DNA from: Vicinamibacterales bacterium
GTDB lineage: Bacteria > Acidobacteriota > Vicinamibacteria > Vicinamibacterales > CAVVIG01
Assembly (NCBI GenBank): GCA_036268855.1
Contig: DATATJ010000092.1
Location: 1 to 54,198, forward strand
Direction of reading: 5' to 3'
DNA length: 54,198 nt
Shown: piece after piece, positions 26,451 to 35,857 of the stretch
Numbering within the stretch: position 1 is the first letter of the stretch
How the letters are laid out: each line of letters begins with the position of its first letter
The notes under the pieces: generated by a model
What the model was told of the DNA's origin: nothing
What the model saw: only the letters and a program-made list of their open reading frames with translations
Databases searched by the model: none
Position numbers and translations under genes: made by a program

Positions 26451-28099
26451 GCCCGCTCTTGAATGCCGCGGTGAAGGTCTCGATCATCCTCGCCGCCGGC
26501 TTCGTCGCCTCGGCGCTGCTGCGCCGGCGCTCGGCGGCGTTGCGACATTGGGTACTGGCCGCGGCCGTCATCTGCGCCGCAGCGACGCCGCTGCTGGAGC
26601 TGATCGTGCCAGCCTGGCGCGTACCGGCGACCGCGTGGTCATTGCCGAGTCGCGCGATCGACCCGAGCGAATGGATTACCCCGCGTGACGCCACGATTGC
26701 CGCATCCGCGGCGGCGATCCCCCGTCGCGAGGCCGCGACGGTGTTCACCTGGCTGACCGTTCCGCGCGCGCTCGGCGCCGTGTGGCTTGCGGGCGCCCTG
26801 ATCAGCTTTTTGACGCTGTTGGTCGGACTGGCGCGGTTGTCGTGGCTGGCGTCGCGCGCCCAGCCAGTTCGCGCCGGGCGATGGGCGGACGCCGCGGCGA
26901 GTGTGAGTCGAGGGTTCGGTCTCAAGCGGCCGGTGGCGCTGCTGCAAAGCGAACACCCGACGCTGCTCGTCACGTGGGGCGTCTTCCGGCCGACGGTGAT
27001 CCTGCCCGCGCCCGCGCGCGACTGGTCCGAGGCGCGCGTGCGGGTCGTCGTGTGCCACGAGCTGGCGCACATTCGGCGCGGCGACTGGATCGTGCAGCTC
27101 GTCGCCGAGCTGCTGCGGTCGGCGTATTGGTTCAACCCGTTGCTGTGGATCGCGTGCGGGCGGGTGCGTCAGGAAAGCGAGCACGCGTGCGACGACGCCG
27201 TGTTGCGTCTGGGCGTCGAAGGACCGGACTATGCCGCGCATTTGCTGGACGTCGCCCGGTCCTTCAAAGCGCATCGTCAACTGTGGTCGCCGGCCCTGGC
27301 GATCGCGCGTCCGTCAAGTCTTGAAAGGAGAGTCCGCGCCATGTTGAACGCTCATCTCGATCGGAATCCGATCACGCGCTCCGCCTGTCTCCTCGCTGCC
27401 GCCGCGCTGCTGGCGGTGACCGTCCCGATCGCCGGATTCACCGTGTTCGCCGACGCCGGGGCCACGATACTGTCCGGCAGCGTTCTCGATCAGTTCGGCC
27501 GCGGCGTGCCCGACGCGACGGTCGCGCTGTCGAACGCGCAGACGCGCGAGCGGCACGAGGTCCACAGCGACCAGACCGGGCATTTCGCATTCATCGCGCT
27601 GCCGTCGGGCGAGTACGCCATGGATGCCCGGCGAATGGGCTTCACCACGCTGCAGGGGAAGGTGGCGCTGGCGGGGGCGAACATGCAGCGGGATCTGACG
27701 CTGGAGATCGGGATGATTCACGAGAGCGTCACCGTCTCGCCTGGCAGCAGCCAGCCCGCGTTCGCGAAAGCGCCCGGATCCCGACGGCCGCAGTCCGAGG
27801 TGGACCCGTGCAGCAGCTCGCCGCTCGGCGGGTGCCTCCTGCCGCCCATGAAGGTCGTCGACGTCCGTCCGATCTACCCGGATGGCGTGACGGCGAAGGC
27901 CGAAGGGTCGGTCGTCAAAGTGGACGCGCACATCACGACCGATGGCTCGGTGGCGCGGCTTCAGGTTCTCTCTGCGGACGATCCCGCCTTTGCGAACGCG
28001 GCGCTCGACGCGGTGGGGCAGTGGCAGTTCACGCCGACGCATCTCGACGGCACGGCGATCGATACTCGCATGCTGGTCGTCGTCATGTTCAAGCCTTGA
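26447..28099 (+). CDS. M56 (BlaR1-type) membrane metalloprotease fused to CarboxypepD_reg-like and TonB C-terminal domains
   Basis: ATGA overlap with the repressor gene and an HELAHIRRGDW zinc motif. A later TM is followed by GSVLDQFGRGVPDATVALSNAQTRERHEVHSDQTGHFAF (CarboxypepD_reg-like). The C-terminus VRPIYPDGVTAKAEGSVVKVDAHITTDGSV...QWQFTPTHLDG is TonB_C-like. Confidence 0.85.
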   Translation: MSPLLNAAVKVSIILAAGFVASALLRRRSAALRHWVLAAAVICAAATPLLELIVPAWRVPATAWSLPSRAIDPSEWITPRDATIAASAAAIPRREAATVFTWLTVPRALGAVWLAGALISFLTLLVGLARLSWLASRAQPVRAGRWADAAASVSRGFGLKRPVALLQSEHPTLLVTWGVFRPTVILPAPARDWSEARVRVVVCHELAHIRRGDWIVQLVAELLRSAYWFNPLLWIACGRVRQESEHACDDAVLRLGVEGPDYAAHLLDVARSFKAHRQLWSPALAIARPSSLERRVRAMLNAHLDRNPITRSACLLAAAALLAVTVPIAGFTVFADAGATILSGSVLDQFGRGVPDATVALSNAQTRERHEVHSDQTGHFAFIALPSGEYAMDARRMGFTTLQGKVALAGANMQRDLTLEIGMIHESVTVSPGSSQPAFAKAPGSRRPQSEVDPCSSSPLGGCLLPPMKVVDVRPIYPDGVTAKAEGSVVKVDAHITTDGSVARLQVLSADDPAFANAALDAVGQWQFTPTHLDGTAIDTRMLVVVMFKP

Positions 28100-29015
28100 G
28101 TTTCTTCGTCGCGAACGGCCGGGCGAACGCGGCGGGCGGGTTGTGGCCGGTCGTCGCCGCCGCCTTGCGATAGAACTCCATGGCGTGCGCCGAGTCGCCG
28201 AGCTTCTCGTAGGTCTGGCCGATCAGCACCTGGATGAACGGGTCTGCCTGGTTCGCCTGCTGGAGCGCCGCGAGGGCCGTCTTGTCGTCGCCGCCGTAGA
28301 AGGCGACGTAGCCGGTGAGATAGGGAAAGAAAACGGCCTGCGCCTTCGCCATTTCTGGGTTCCCGTCGAGGACCGCCTTGGCGGCCGCGACGTGCCGTTT
28401 GGCTTCGGCGGGCTGATGCCGGCGCGCCGCCAGCCGCGCGAGCGCGTGCTCGGTGCGGAAGTTCCAGAGCGCGACCCGATCGGGCGCGATATCGGGCTCC
28501 TTCATGCCGGCGTCGCGCCCCCGTTTGTAGAGCGTTTCGGCCGCGTCGAAGTCACCAGCCTCGATGCACACGCGAGCGGCCTCGTTCAAGATCTCGCCCT
28601 GGTTGTAGGAATCCTTCAGCGACACGTAGTAGTCGTACACCTGTTCTTCGAGCCTCGCCGCGTTGCGGCAGTCGTCGTCGAAGGCGTACGACATCGCCAT
28701 GGCGCGTTGAGCATTCGCTTTGGCGAGTGGCGTCGCAGCGACGTCGATCGCCTTCGTGAAGAACGGCTTCGCGTCGGCGCCGCGGCCCATCAGATCGAGC
28801 ACAATCCCCGCGCCCGTATTGGCCGCCTCGGAGTCGGGCGACGCCTGCAGCTCCAGGCGATACTTCGCGAGCGCCGCTTCGAGGTTGTTGTCGCGCGTGA
28901 GCTGCTGCGCCTCGCGTACGAGCGGCGTCGGCGGCGCTCCGCCGCGCTGCGCCTCGAGCGCGGGCGCGGAGACGACGGCAAGCGCGATGAGGAAGCCGAG
29001 TGTGCGCAGGCCCAT
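28089..29015 (-). CDS. secreted tetratricopeptide-repeat protein
   Basis: Probable start is ATG 29015 (MGLRTLGFLIALAVVSAPALEA signal peptide). TPR-like repeats follow (LEAALAKYRLELQASPDS..., FDAAETLYKRGRDAG..., GDSAHAMEFYRKA). Confidence 0.7.
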   Translation of the reverse strand: MGLRTLGFLIALAVVSAPALEAQRGGAPPTPLVREAQQLTRDNNLEAALAKYRLELQASPDSEAANTGAGIVLDLMGRGADAKPFFTKAIDVAATPLAKANAQRAMAMSYAFDDDCRNAARLEEQVYDYYVSLKDSYNQGEILNEAARVCIEAGDFDAAETLYKRGRDAGMKEPDIAPDRVALWNFRTEHALARLAARRHQPAEAKRHVAAAKAVLDGNPEMAKAQAVFFPYLTGYVAFYGGDDKTALAALQQANQADPFIQVLIGQTYEKLGDSAHAMEFYRKAAATTGHNPPAAFARPFATKKLKA

Positions 29016-29187
29016 ATCAGGCGATCTTACGGCGCTCCTTTCGCTCTCGCAAATGCCGTCCAAGGCGCCCGGACCGTTCGACGCGTCGCCTGCAGCGAGA
29101 GCGGGAGCGCCGAGCTGGCCGCCGCGCTGAGCTCCATTCCGACTCTGGCGCGGCGGATTGTACGGTACGCTCAGCGGCAGCTCCGCC

Positions 29188-29820
29188 ATGGCGACCACGC
29201 CTCCTCCCCGACTCTCGGCCCACGGCGCCGGCGCCTACATAACGGCCGGCGTCTTTCAGCTCGTGTGGGGTCTGGTGAAGTACGTGCCGACGCCGCTGGG
29301 CGATCCGCTCCGGCGCGCGGTGCTTGGCGCCGCGTTCGCCGAGTGCCGGCTTCCGCTGTTCTGGATCCGCACGGGCATCGACGTCTGGTGGCCGCGCGGG
29401 ATCCGGATCGGCCGCAGCTGCCTCAACGAAAATGTGTTCCTCAACGGGTACGGCGGCATCACGATTGGCGACCATTGCCTGATCGGCCGGGGCACGTCGT
29501 TCTTCGCCGGCGGGCACATGTTCGACCAGCCCGATCGGCTGATCCTGGATCAGCCGCTGCACAAGGGGCCGATCGCCGTCGGCGATGACGTATACTTCGG
29601 CCTCAACGCCGTCGTGCTCGGCGGGGTCACGATCGGAACGGGCGCCGTCATCGGCGCCGGCGCGGTCGTCGTCGAAGACGTGCCGCCCGGTGCGATTGTC
29701 GCCGGCGTGCCGGCGCGTCTGGTCCGATATCGCGATGGCTACCCAGAACGGCAGGACGCTCGGGCGTCGGCTGAAAAACCATCTGTTCGCGCCGCTGCGT
29801 CTGAGCATCCTGTCGGATGA
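29188..29820 (+). CDS. left-handed beta-helix (hexapeptide-repeat) O-acetyltransferase
   Basis: ITIGDHCLIGRGTSFFAGGH and VGDDVYFGLNAVVLGGVTIGTGAVIGAGAVVVEDVPPGAIVAGVPARL. The start is uncertain (TTG 29158 or ATG 29188). Confidence 0.75.
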   Translation: MATTPPPRLSAHGAGAYITAGVFQLVWGLVKYVPTPLGDPLRRAVLGAAFAECRLPLFWIRTGIDVWWPRGIRIGRSCLNENVFLNGYGGITIGDHCLIGRGTSFFAGGHMFDQPDRLILDQPLHKGPIAVGDDVYFGLNAVVLGGVTIGTGAVIGAGAVVVEDVPPGAIVAGVPARLVRYRDGYPERQDARASAEKPSVRAAASEHPVG

Positions 29821-30367
29821 GCAGTGCGCGCGGCTTGGCCTCACGTCGATTAACGACGAGCGCATCGACTTTGCACGGCGGTTCGTGCGCGGCCGTCTCC
29901 TGGACGTCGGCTGCGGCCGCAACCGGCTCGTCGCCAGCTATTCAGGGTTCGGCGTCGGCGTGGACGTTTTCGACTGGGGTGCGCGGGCGCTCGTCCTGCG
30001 GGACACGTCCCGCCTCCCGTTTCTCGGCGGGAGCTTCGATACCGTCGCGATTCTGGCGGCGCTCAACCACATTCCGAACCGCGAAGCGGTGCTCGCGGAC
30101 GTGAACCGCGTGCTGCGCGACGACGGACGCGTCGTATTGACGATGATCACGCCGACGCTGTCGGCTGTTGGCCATCGCTGTCTCTGGTGGTACGGAGAGG
30201 ACTGGGTCCGCGGGATGGCCGACGGCGAAGTGTACGGCTTCACGCCGCGACAAGTGGGCGCGCTCCTGGCAGCCGCGGGCTTCACGCTCGAGCAGCACTG
30301 CCGGTTTCTGTACGGCCTGAATCACCTCTATGTCTTTCGAAAGACGCGCGCCGATGACGATGCCTGA
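29735..30367 (+). CDS. class I SAM-dependent methyltransferase
   Basis: Motif I LLDVGCGRNRL, then FDTVAILAALNHIPNREAVLADVNRVLRDDGRVVLT. ATG 29735 gives an 86-nt overlap with the acetyltransferase tail. Confidence 0.75.
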   Translation: MATQNGRTLGRRLKNHLFAPLRLSILSDEQCARLGLTSINDERIDFARRFVRGRLLDVGCGRNRLVASYSGFGVGVDVFDWGARALVLRDTSRLPFLGGSFDTVAILAALNHIPNREAVLADVNRVLRDDGRVVLTMITPTLSAVGHRCLWWYGEDWVRGMADGEVYGFTPRQVGALLAAAGFTLEQHCRFLYGLNHLYVFRKTRADDDA

Positions 30368-31274
30368 CGGATCAGCCCTCACCGTCATCGTGCCGGCGCT
30401 GAACGAGGAAGCCGCCGTCGCGGCGACGCTCGCCCGCCTGCGCCAGGCGTTCGGCGATGCGGAAATCCTGCTGATCGACGACGGCTGTACCGATCGCACG
30501 GCGGAGTTGGCGGCGACCGTCCCCGGGGTGCGCATCCTCCGGCACGACACGACCCGCGGGTACGGCGCATCGATCAAGACCGGCGTTCGCCACGCCGCAC
30601 ACGACACGATCGCCTGGTACGACGCCGACGGCCAGCACACGCCGGAAGCGCTGGCGGTACTCCTCGAGCGCTTCCACGCGCGCGGTCTGCACGCGGCGAT
30701 CGGGTCGCGCACCAGGGACTCGGCGAGCGAGCGGCGGCGCTTCGTCGGTAAAGCGATCCTGTCGGCCGTCGTCCAGCTCGTCGCCGCGCGCCGGATGGCC
30801 GACGTCAACTGCGGCCTGCGCGTCATGCGCCGCAGCGTCCTCGGCCGGTATCTGCACCTGCTGCCCGACGGCTTTTCCGCCGCCATCACGTCGACGCTGC
30901 TCATGCTGAAGCGCGGCTACCGCGTCGAGTTCGTCCCCGTCGTCGTGCAGGCGCGGATCGGGCAGAGCAGCGTCCGCATGCTGCGGGACGGCCTGCGGTC
31001 GGTGCACACGAGCCTGCGGATCCTCGTGTTGTTCCACGCGTTCCGCGCGTTCTCATTCGTGTCGGCGATGCTGTTCTCCGTGGGCGCCGTGTACGGCCTT
31101 TGGGTCGCATTCACCTACGGACGCGGATTTCCGGCACTCGCGAGCGTCCTCGTGCTGAGCGGCGTCATCATCTTCTTCATGGGCCTGCTCACCGATCAGG
31201 TCGTCGCGCTGCGGATGGAGCGGCTCGAGGAAGACGTGCCGAGCGACGCCGCCCGCGAAGCCCGCGTCCACTGA
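30354..31274 (+). CDS. GT2 polyprenyl-phosphate glycosyltransferase (ArnC/GtrB/DPM1-like) with two C-terminal TM helices
   Basis: TVIVPALNEE, LLIDDGCTDRT and WYDADGQH, with C-terminal TMs FSFVSAMLFSVGAVYGLWVAF and LASVLVLSGVIIFFMGLL. It overlaps the previous gene by 14 nt. Confidence 0.85.
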   Translation: MTMPDGSALTVIVPALNEEAAVAATLARLRQAFGDAEILLIDDGCTDRTAELAATVPGVRILRHDTTRGYGASIKTGVRHAAHDTIAWYDADGQHTPEALAVLLERFHARGLHAAIGSRTRDSASERRRFVGKAILSAVVQLVAARRMADVNCGLRVMRRSVLGRYLHLLPDGFSAAITSTLLMLKRGYRVEFVPVVVQARIGQSSVRMLRDGLRSVHTSLRILVLFHAFRAFSFVSAMLFSVGAVYGLWVAFTYGRGFPALASVLVLSGVIIFFMGLLTDQVVALRMERLEEDVPSDAAREARVH

Positions 31275-31276
31275 CG

Positions 31277-33160
31277 ATGTGCGGCATCGCCGGCATTTTC
31301 CATTATCGCGACGCGGCGCGATCGGCGGACGATCGAGCAGTGAATGCGATGACCGATGCGCTGTCGCATCGCGGTCCCGACGGCCGCGGCACCTACCTTG
31401 CCGGCCCGGTCGGACTGGGGCATCGTCGCCTCGCGATCCTGGATCCGACCGAGCGGGGCGCCCAGCCGTTCACGTCGCCGTCCGGTCGATACACCCTCAC
31501 GTACAACGGCGAGATCTACAACTTCCGCGAGCTGCGCACCCTGCTGGAGGCACACGGGCATCAGTTCCGAACGCAGACCGACACGGAAGTGATTCTGCTG
31601 GCCTATGAGGAGTGGGGCAGCGACGCGGTCGCGCGGCTCAACGGCATTTTCGCGTTCGCGGTCTGGGACGCATTCACACGCACGCTGACCCTCGCCCGCG
31701 ATCGGTTCGGCGTCAAGCCGCTCTACGTGCAGGACGATGGCACGACGATGCGATTCGCATCCGAGATCAAGGCGATCCTCGCGGACGGCGCCGTCAGAGC
31801 AGAGCCCCACTGGGCGGGTATCCGTTCGGTGCTCACACTCGGCTATGCCTCCGCGCCGTACACATGCTTCGCCGGCACGACCCAACTCGAGCCCGGCCGC
31901 TTGCGCGCGTATTCAGCCGACGGATTACGCGAGTCGGCGTTCTGGCAGTTCTCGCTGCCCGCGCCGTCCACCGTCGATGCGGACGATGCCGCCGAGCAGT
32001 TTGACGCGCTGCTCGACGTCGCGACGAAGCGGCAGATGGTGAGCGACGTGCCCATCGGCGCCTTCCTGTCCGGCGGGCTCGACTCGACGCGCGTCGTCGA
32101 AGCGATGCGCCGCGAGACGCGAGACACGATTCGCGCGTTCACCGTCGGCTTCGGCGGCACCGAGTACGACGAGAGTCCCGTGGCGGCGGCCACAGCTGCC
32201 GCGCTCGGGCTCGAGCACCACGTCGAGCACATCGACGTCGATCTCGTCAGCACGGCCGGCGAGGTCGCTCGCATCTGCGACGACCCGTTCGCCGATTCCT
32301 CGGCGCTGGCGATGTATCACCTCTGCCGCGTGACCGCGCGCGACGTGAAGGTGGCGCTCGCCGGGGACGGCGCCGACGAGCTGCTCGCCGGCTACGCGAC
32401 GTACGGGATCGAGCCGTACGCGGCGGCGGTGCGGGCGCTGCCGCGATGGATCACCGGCGGTCCGCTGCGCCGGATGTCGGAGCTCATTCCCGTCCAGGAT
32501 CGACCGTACTCGCTGCGCCAGGTCTCGCGCCGGCTGCTGCTGGCCGGCGTCGAGCCGCCCGCGCGCGCGCATGCGAGCTGGCGCCGCTGCTTTTTCGACG
32601 GGGACGAGCGCAGGCTGCTGACCGATGCCGCCTGGCAGGCGTCCTGCGCGGCCGTGGATCCCATCGCGCAGTACGCTGCGCCGTACGACCGCTGTCCTGC
32701 TGGCACGCCGACGCTGCGCCGCATGATGGCGGCCGATCTGCAGTTCCACTTGTCGAACGACATGCTGGTGAAAGTCGATCGCATGGCGATGGCGAGCGGC
32801 CTCGAAGTGCGGGTCCCGATGCTCGACAACGAGTTCGTCGAGTTCACGCTCGGGTTGCCGACCGCACTGCTGCGGGGAGGATCGGAAAAAGGCAAGCGGC
32901 TCCTGAAGCAGTCGCTCGCGCGCCGCCTGCCCGGGTTCGACGCGGGTCGTCGCAAGCAGGGGCTCCTGGTGCCGATCGCCCAGGGGTTTCGCTCGCAGCT
33001 CGGCGACCTGCTCCGCGACGCGGTGACCGACGCCGGGCCGTTCAGGCCGGCCGCGGTGCGCGCGATCCTGCAGCAGCATCGCGAGCGCCGGATCGATGCG
33101 TCGTTCGAGCTCTACGCGGTGCTGATGGTATCCCTATGGTGGAATCGATTCTTCGCCTGA
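31277..33160 (+). CDS. asparagine synthase (glutamine-hydrolysing) family amidotransferase
   Basis: Ntn start MCGIAGIF, HRGPDG, YNGEIYNF and the PP-loop FLSGGLDST. The start is 3 nt after the GT2 stop. Confidence 0.9.
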   Translation: MCGIAGIFHYRDAARSADDRAVNAMTDALSHRGPDGRGTYLAGPVGLGHRRLAILDPTERGAQPFTSPSGRYTLTYNGEIYNFRELRTLLEAHGHQFRTQTDTEVILLAYEEWGSDAVARLNGIFAFAVWDAFTRTLTLARDRFGVKPLYVQDDGTTMRFASEIKAILADGAVRAEPHWAGIRSVLTLGYASAPYTCFAGTTQLEPGRLRAYSADGLRESAFWQFSLPAPSTVDADDAAEQFDALLDVATKRQMVSDVPIGAFLSGGLDSTRVVEAMRRETRDTIRAFTVGFGGTEYDESPVAAATAAALGLEHHVEHIDVDLVSTAGEVARICDDPFADSSALAMYHLCRVTARDVKVALAGDGADELLAGYATYGIEPYAAAVRALPRWITGGPLRRMSELIPVQDRPYSLRQVSRRLLLAGVEPPARAHASWRRCFFDGDERRLLTDAAWQASCAAVDPIAQYAAPYDRCPAGTPTLRRMMAADLQFHLSNDMLVKVDRMAMASGLEVRVPMLDNEFVEFTLGLPTALLRGGSEKGKRLLKQSLARRLPGFDAGRRKQGLLVPIAQGFRSQLGDLLRDAVTDAGPFRPAAVRAILQQHRERRIDASFELYAVLMVSLWWNRFFA

Positions 33161-34308
33161 TCGACCGGCATCGGACGATCGCCCTGACGGCGGCGGTGGC
33201 GCTCGTGCACGGCGCCGTGATCCTGCGGGCGGGCGTGCACCTGTCGAGCGACAGCCGGCTCTATTCGACCTGGGGCGATCTGCTCCTGGCCAACCACTTC
33301 AACGTCCATGCCTTTCTCAGCCGGACGACCTTCGTGGTGCCGCCGGTCCTGTACATCGGCTGGGTGACGATCGTCGCGGCCGCCAAGCTGCTGTTCGGCC
33401 CGTCGTGGGCCGCTGGCATCGTGGTCCTCAACTGGGTGTCCTTGGTCGTGGTCGTGTACCTGACGCTGTCCACGATTCAGTGGTTGACGCGCTCGCCGGG
33501 CGCTGTCCTCCTCGGCGCGCTGTTGTGCCTCGTCACCGTGGACATCATGAACATCGAGCCGTTCGTGCTGTCGGATCTCGTGTTCGTGGCGCTCTCGACC
33601 TGCATCATCGCGGCGGCGGTGCGCGGCACGCCGGTGGCGCGGGCGGCCGGGACCTGCTTCGTCGCCGCCGCCTGCGTGCTTCGTCCGACCGCGGCGCCGC
33701 TCGTCGTGTTCTGGGTGCTCGCGCTGCTCGTTCGCGATCGCGAAGTCACAGCCGGCCAGCTGCGGGCGGGGGCCGTGCTGATCGCACTCCTCCTGGCGAT
33801 CGCGGTGCTCGCCGACGCAAGCATCATGATGCGTCCGGCCGCCTGGCCGGTCGCGGCAGGGTCGGGGTGGATCCAGCAGCTGAGTCGCGAGTACCACCGC
33901 GGCATCGTGGTGTTCGATCGGCCCACGACGTTTGCCGCGCCGCCCGTCACCTACGGAGCGTTCGTCGCGCTGACGCTTCGCAAGTGGCTGTTCTATTTCG
34001 CACCTGTTGCCGGCGACTACAGTGCGGCGCACAAAGCCGCCAGCCTGCTCTTTTTCGTGCCCTTGTATTTGTTCGCCGCGGTCGCCCTCTCGGCCTGGCG
34101 CGATCGTCGAGTCAAGGCGCTGATCCTCTTCTACATCCTGGCGTTCTCCGCATTCCACGCAGTACAACAGATCGACTTCGACTATCGCTATCGACTCCCG
34201 GTGCTGCCCGCCCTGATGGTGCTCGCCGGTGCGGGATGGGCCGCCGCTCACGCTGCCTGGCGCGGCCGTTCGCCATCGCGTGCGGGGAATGGTTCAATGT
34301 CCCTGTGA
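33136..34308 (+). CDS. polytopic membrane protein, GT-C-like glycosyltransferase/polymerase candidate
   Basis: ATG 33136 overlaps the amidotransferase end by 25 nt. About 10 hydrophobic segments, and a C-terminal QQIDFDYRYRLPVLPAL resembling ArnT/PMT_2-type ends. Confidence 0.6.
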   Translation: MVESILRLIDRHRTIALTAAVALVHGAVILRAGVHLSSDSRLYSTWGDLLLANHFNVHAFLSRTTFVVPPVLYIGWVTIVAAAKLLFGPSWAAGIVVLNWVSLVVVVYLTLSTIQWLTRSPGAVLLGALLCLVTVDIMNIEPFVLSDLVFVALSTCIIAAAVRGTPVARAAGTCFVAAACVLRPTAAPLVVFWVLALLVRDREVTAGQLRAGAVLIALLLAIAVLADASIMMRPAAWPVAAGSGWIQQLSREYHRGIVVFDRPTTFAAPPVTYGAFVALTLRKWLFYFAPVAGDYSAAHKAASLLFFVPLYLFAAVALSAWRDRRVKALILFYILAFSAFHAVQQIDFDYRYRLPVLPALMVLAGAGWAAAHAAWRGRSPSRAGNGSMSL

Positions 34309-35459
34309 CTCGCCGTCGTCGATCGTTGGCCGCGATCAGCGTCGAATATTCGCTGCCGCTGCCTGCCGGCGCCCTGCTCGCGATGATCTGGGCCAACACG
34401 GTTCCGGCCAGCTACGCCCCATTCGCGCGCGGACTCGAGTTCGCCGTCAATGACGTCGGGATGATGTTCTTTTTCGCGCTGGCGGCGAAGGAGGTTGTCG
34501 AGGCGGTCGCGCCCGGTGGCGCGCTGCACACCTGGCGTCGCGCGGCAGTGCCGGTGATCGCGGCGCTCGGCGGCATGGCCGGGCCCGCAGCCATTTATCT
34601 GATGGTCGTCCATGCCTCGCACGCACCAGCGCTGGCGCGAGGCTGGGCGATTCCATGCGCGACCGATATCGCGTTCAGCTACCTGGTCGCGAAGGCGATC
34701 TACGGGCGGCACCCGGCGATCCCGTTCCTGCTGCTGCTCGCGATCGCCGACGACGCCTTCGGCCTGGTGATCCTGGCGCTCTTTTATCCGGCTGGCGAAC
34801 TGCGACCCGCGGCCGGGGTCGCTTTTCTCGCCGCGGCGGTCGTGGTCTGCTGGCTGTTACGCCGAAATCGCGCGTCCAGCTTCTGGCCGTACGTGATTGC
34901 CGGCGGCACGTTGTCCTGGTGCGGACTTTTTCTCGGCGGCCTCCATCCCGCGCTCGCGCTCGTCCCGATCGTCCCGTTCCTGCCGCATGCAGCGCACGAT
35001 CCGGGGCCGTTCACCCCGGCGCCCCCATCGGCGCGCGATGCGCTCAGCGCCTTCGAGCGCTGGTGGAAATACCCGGTCCAGGCCATCCTGTTTCTATTCG
35101 GCCTGGTGAATGCAGGCGTACCGCTGCAGGCGCCCGGCATCGGCACCTGGGCGGTACTCGCAGGCGTAATCGTCGGGAAGCCGATTGGCATCGGCGTGGC
35201 CGCCGCTCTTGCCACCGCTGTCGGGCTGAGGCTGCCTGCCGGGCTCGGCTGGACGGACGTCATCGTCGTCGGACTCGCTGCGGCGATGGGGTTTACCGTG
35301 GCGCTGTTCTTTGCCACCGCGGCGTTTCCGCCTGGACTCGTGCTTGATCAGGCGAAGATGGGGGCGCTGCTGACCGTATCTGGAGCTCTGGTGGCGGTAG
35401 GCGCCGCGGCGCTCCTGCGCGCGGGACGCTTCAGGGCTTCGCCGGCGGGACGTCCTTGA
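34305..35459 (+). CDS. nhaA: Na+/H+ antiporter NhaA
   Basis: GTG 34305 overlaps the upstream stop (GTGA). ...GALLAMIWANTVPASYAPF...NDVGMMFFFALAAKEV...IPCATDIAFSYLV...LLLLAIADDAFGLVILALFY are NhaA signatures. Confidence 0.9.
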   Translation: MTRRRRSLAAISVEYSLPLPAGALLAMIWANTVPASYAPFARGLEFAVNDVGMMFFFALAAKEVVEAVAPGGALHTWRRAAVPVIAALGGMAGPAAIYLMVVHASHAPALARGWAIPCATDIAFSYLVAKAIYGRHPAIPFLLLLAIADDAFGLVILALFYPAGELRPAAGVAFLAAAVVVCWLLRRNRASSFWPYVIAGGTLSWCGLFLGGLHPALALVPIVPFLPHAAHDPGPFTPAPPSARDALSAFERWWKYPVQAILFLFGLVNAGVPLQAPGIGTWAVLAGVIVGKPIGIGVAAALATAVGLRLPAGLGWTDVIVVGLAAAMGFTVALFFATAAFPPGLVLDQAKMGALLTVSGALVAVGAAALLRAGRFRASPAGRP

Positions 35460-35790
35460 CGATGAAGACCTTCTCGCCCGGGCGAATGAGGCCCAGCTCG
35501 CGGCGGGCGATCTCTTCGATGGTCGCCGGGTCTTCGCGCAACCGGCGTGCCTCGTCGCGCAGCCGCGCGTTCTCGGCGCGCTCGTTGTCGATGGTCGCGG
35601 CCAGCGCGTCGTATTCGTGCCGCGCCTGCAGCATGGCCAGCAGACCGCGATCGCCGACCAGGCTGTCGGCGATGATGACACAGGCGACGAGCAACAGCAG
35701 CCAGTGCACGACGCGGCGGCTCCGCGCCGCAGGCGGCTTCGAGTGGAGTGTTCGGCGTTTGGTCCTGGGCTGGGCGTCGTCGCGTGCCAC
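35431..35790 (-). CDS. ftsB: septum formation initiator FtsB/DivIC-family protein
   Basis: One TM (VVHWLLLLVACVIIADSLVG), a coiled coil (LQARHEYDALAATIDNERAENARLRDEARRL) and then DPATIEEIARRELGLIRPGEKVF. The start is uncertain (GTG 35790 chosen). Confidence 0.7.
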   Translation of the reverse strand: MARDDAQPRTKRRTLHSKPPAARSRRVVHWLLLLVACVIIADSLVGDRGLLAMLQARHEYDALAATIDNERAENARLRDEARRLREDPATIEEIARRELGLIRPGEKVFIVKDVPPAKP

Positions 35791-35857
35791 GCGCAAAAAC
35801 AGTACAACAAGTCGATGCGGAGTACAAGAGTGAAAATGCCATATCGTCGAGGTGACG

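Noticed and set aside
31277-33160. AsnB homologue as a lasso-peptide cyclase or RiPP cluster
   Set aside because: It retains the Ntn glutaminase start MCGIAG. Its neighbours are glycosyltransferases and sugar-modifying enzymes. No B-protein (transglutaminase/PqqD-like), precursor peptide or ABC exporter is adjacent.
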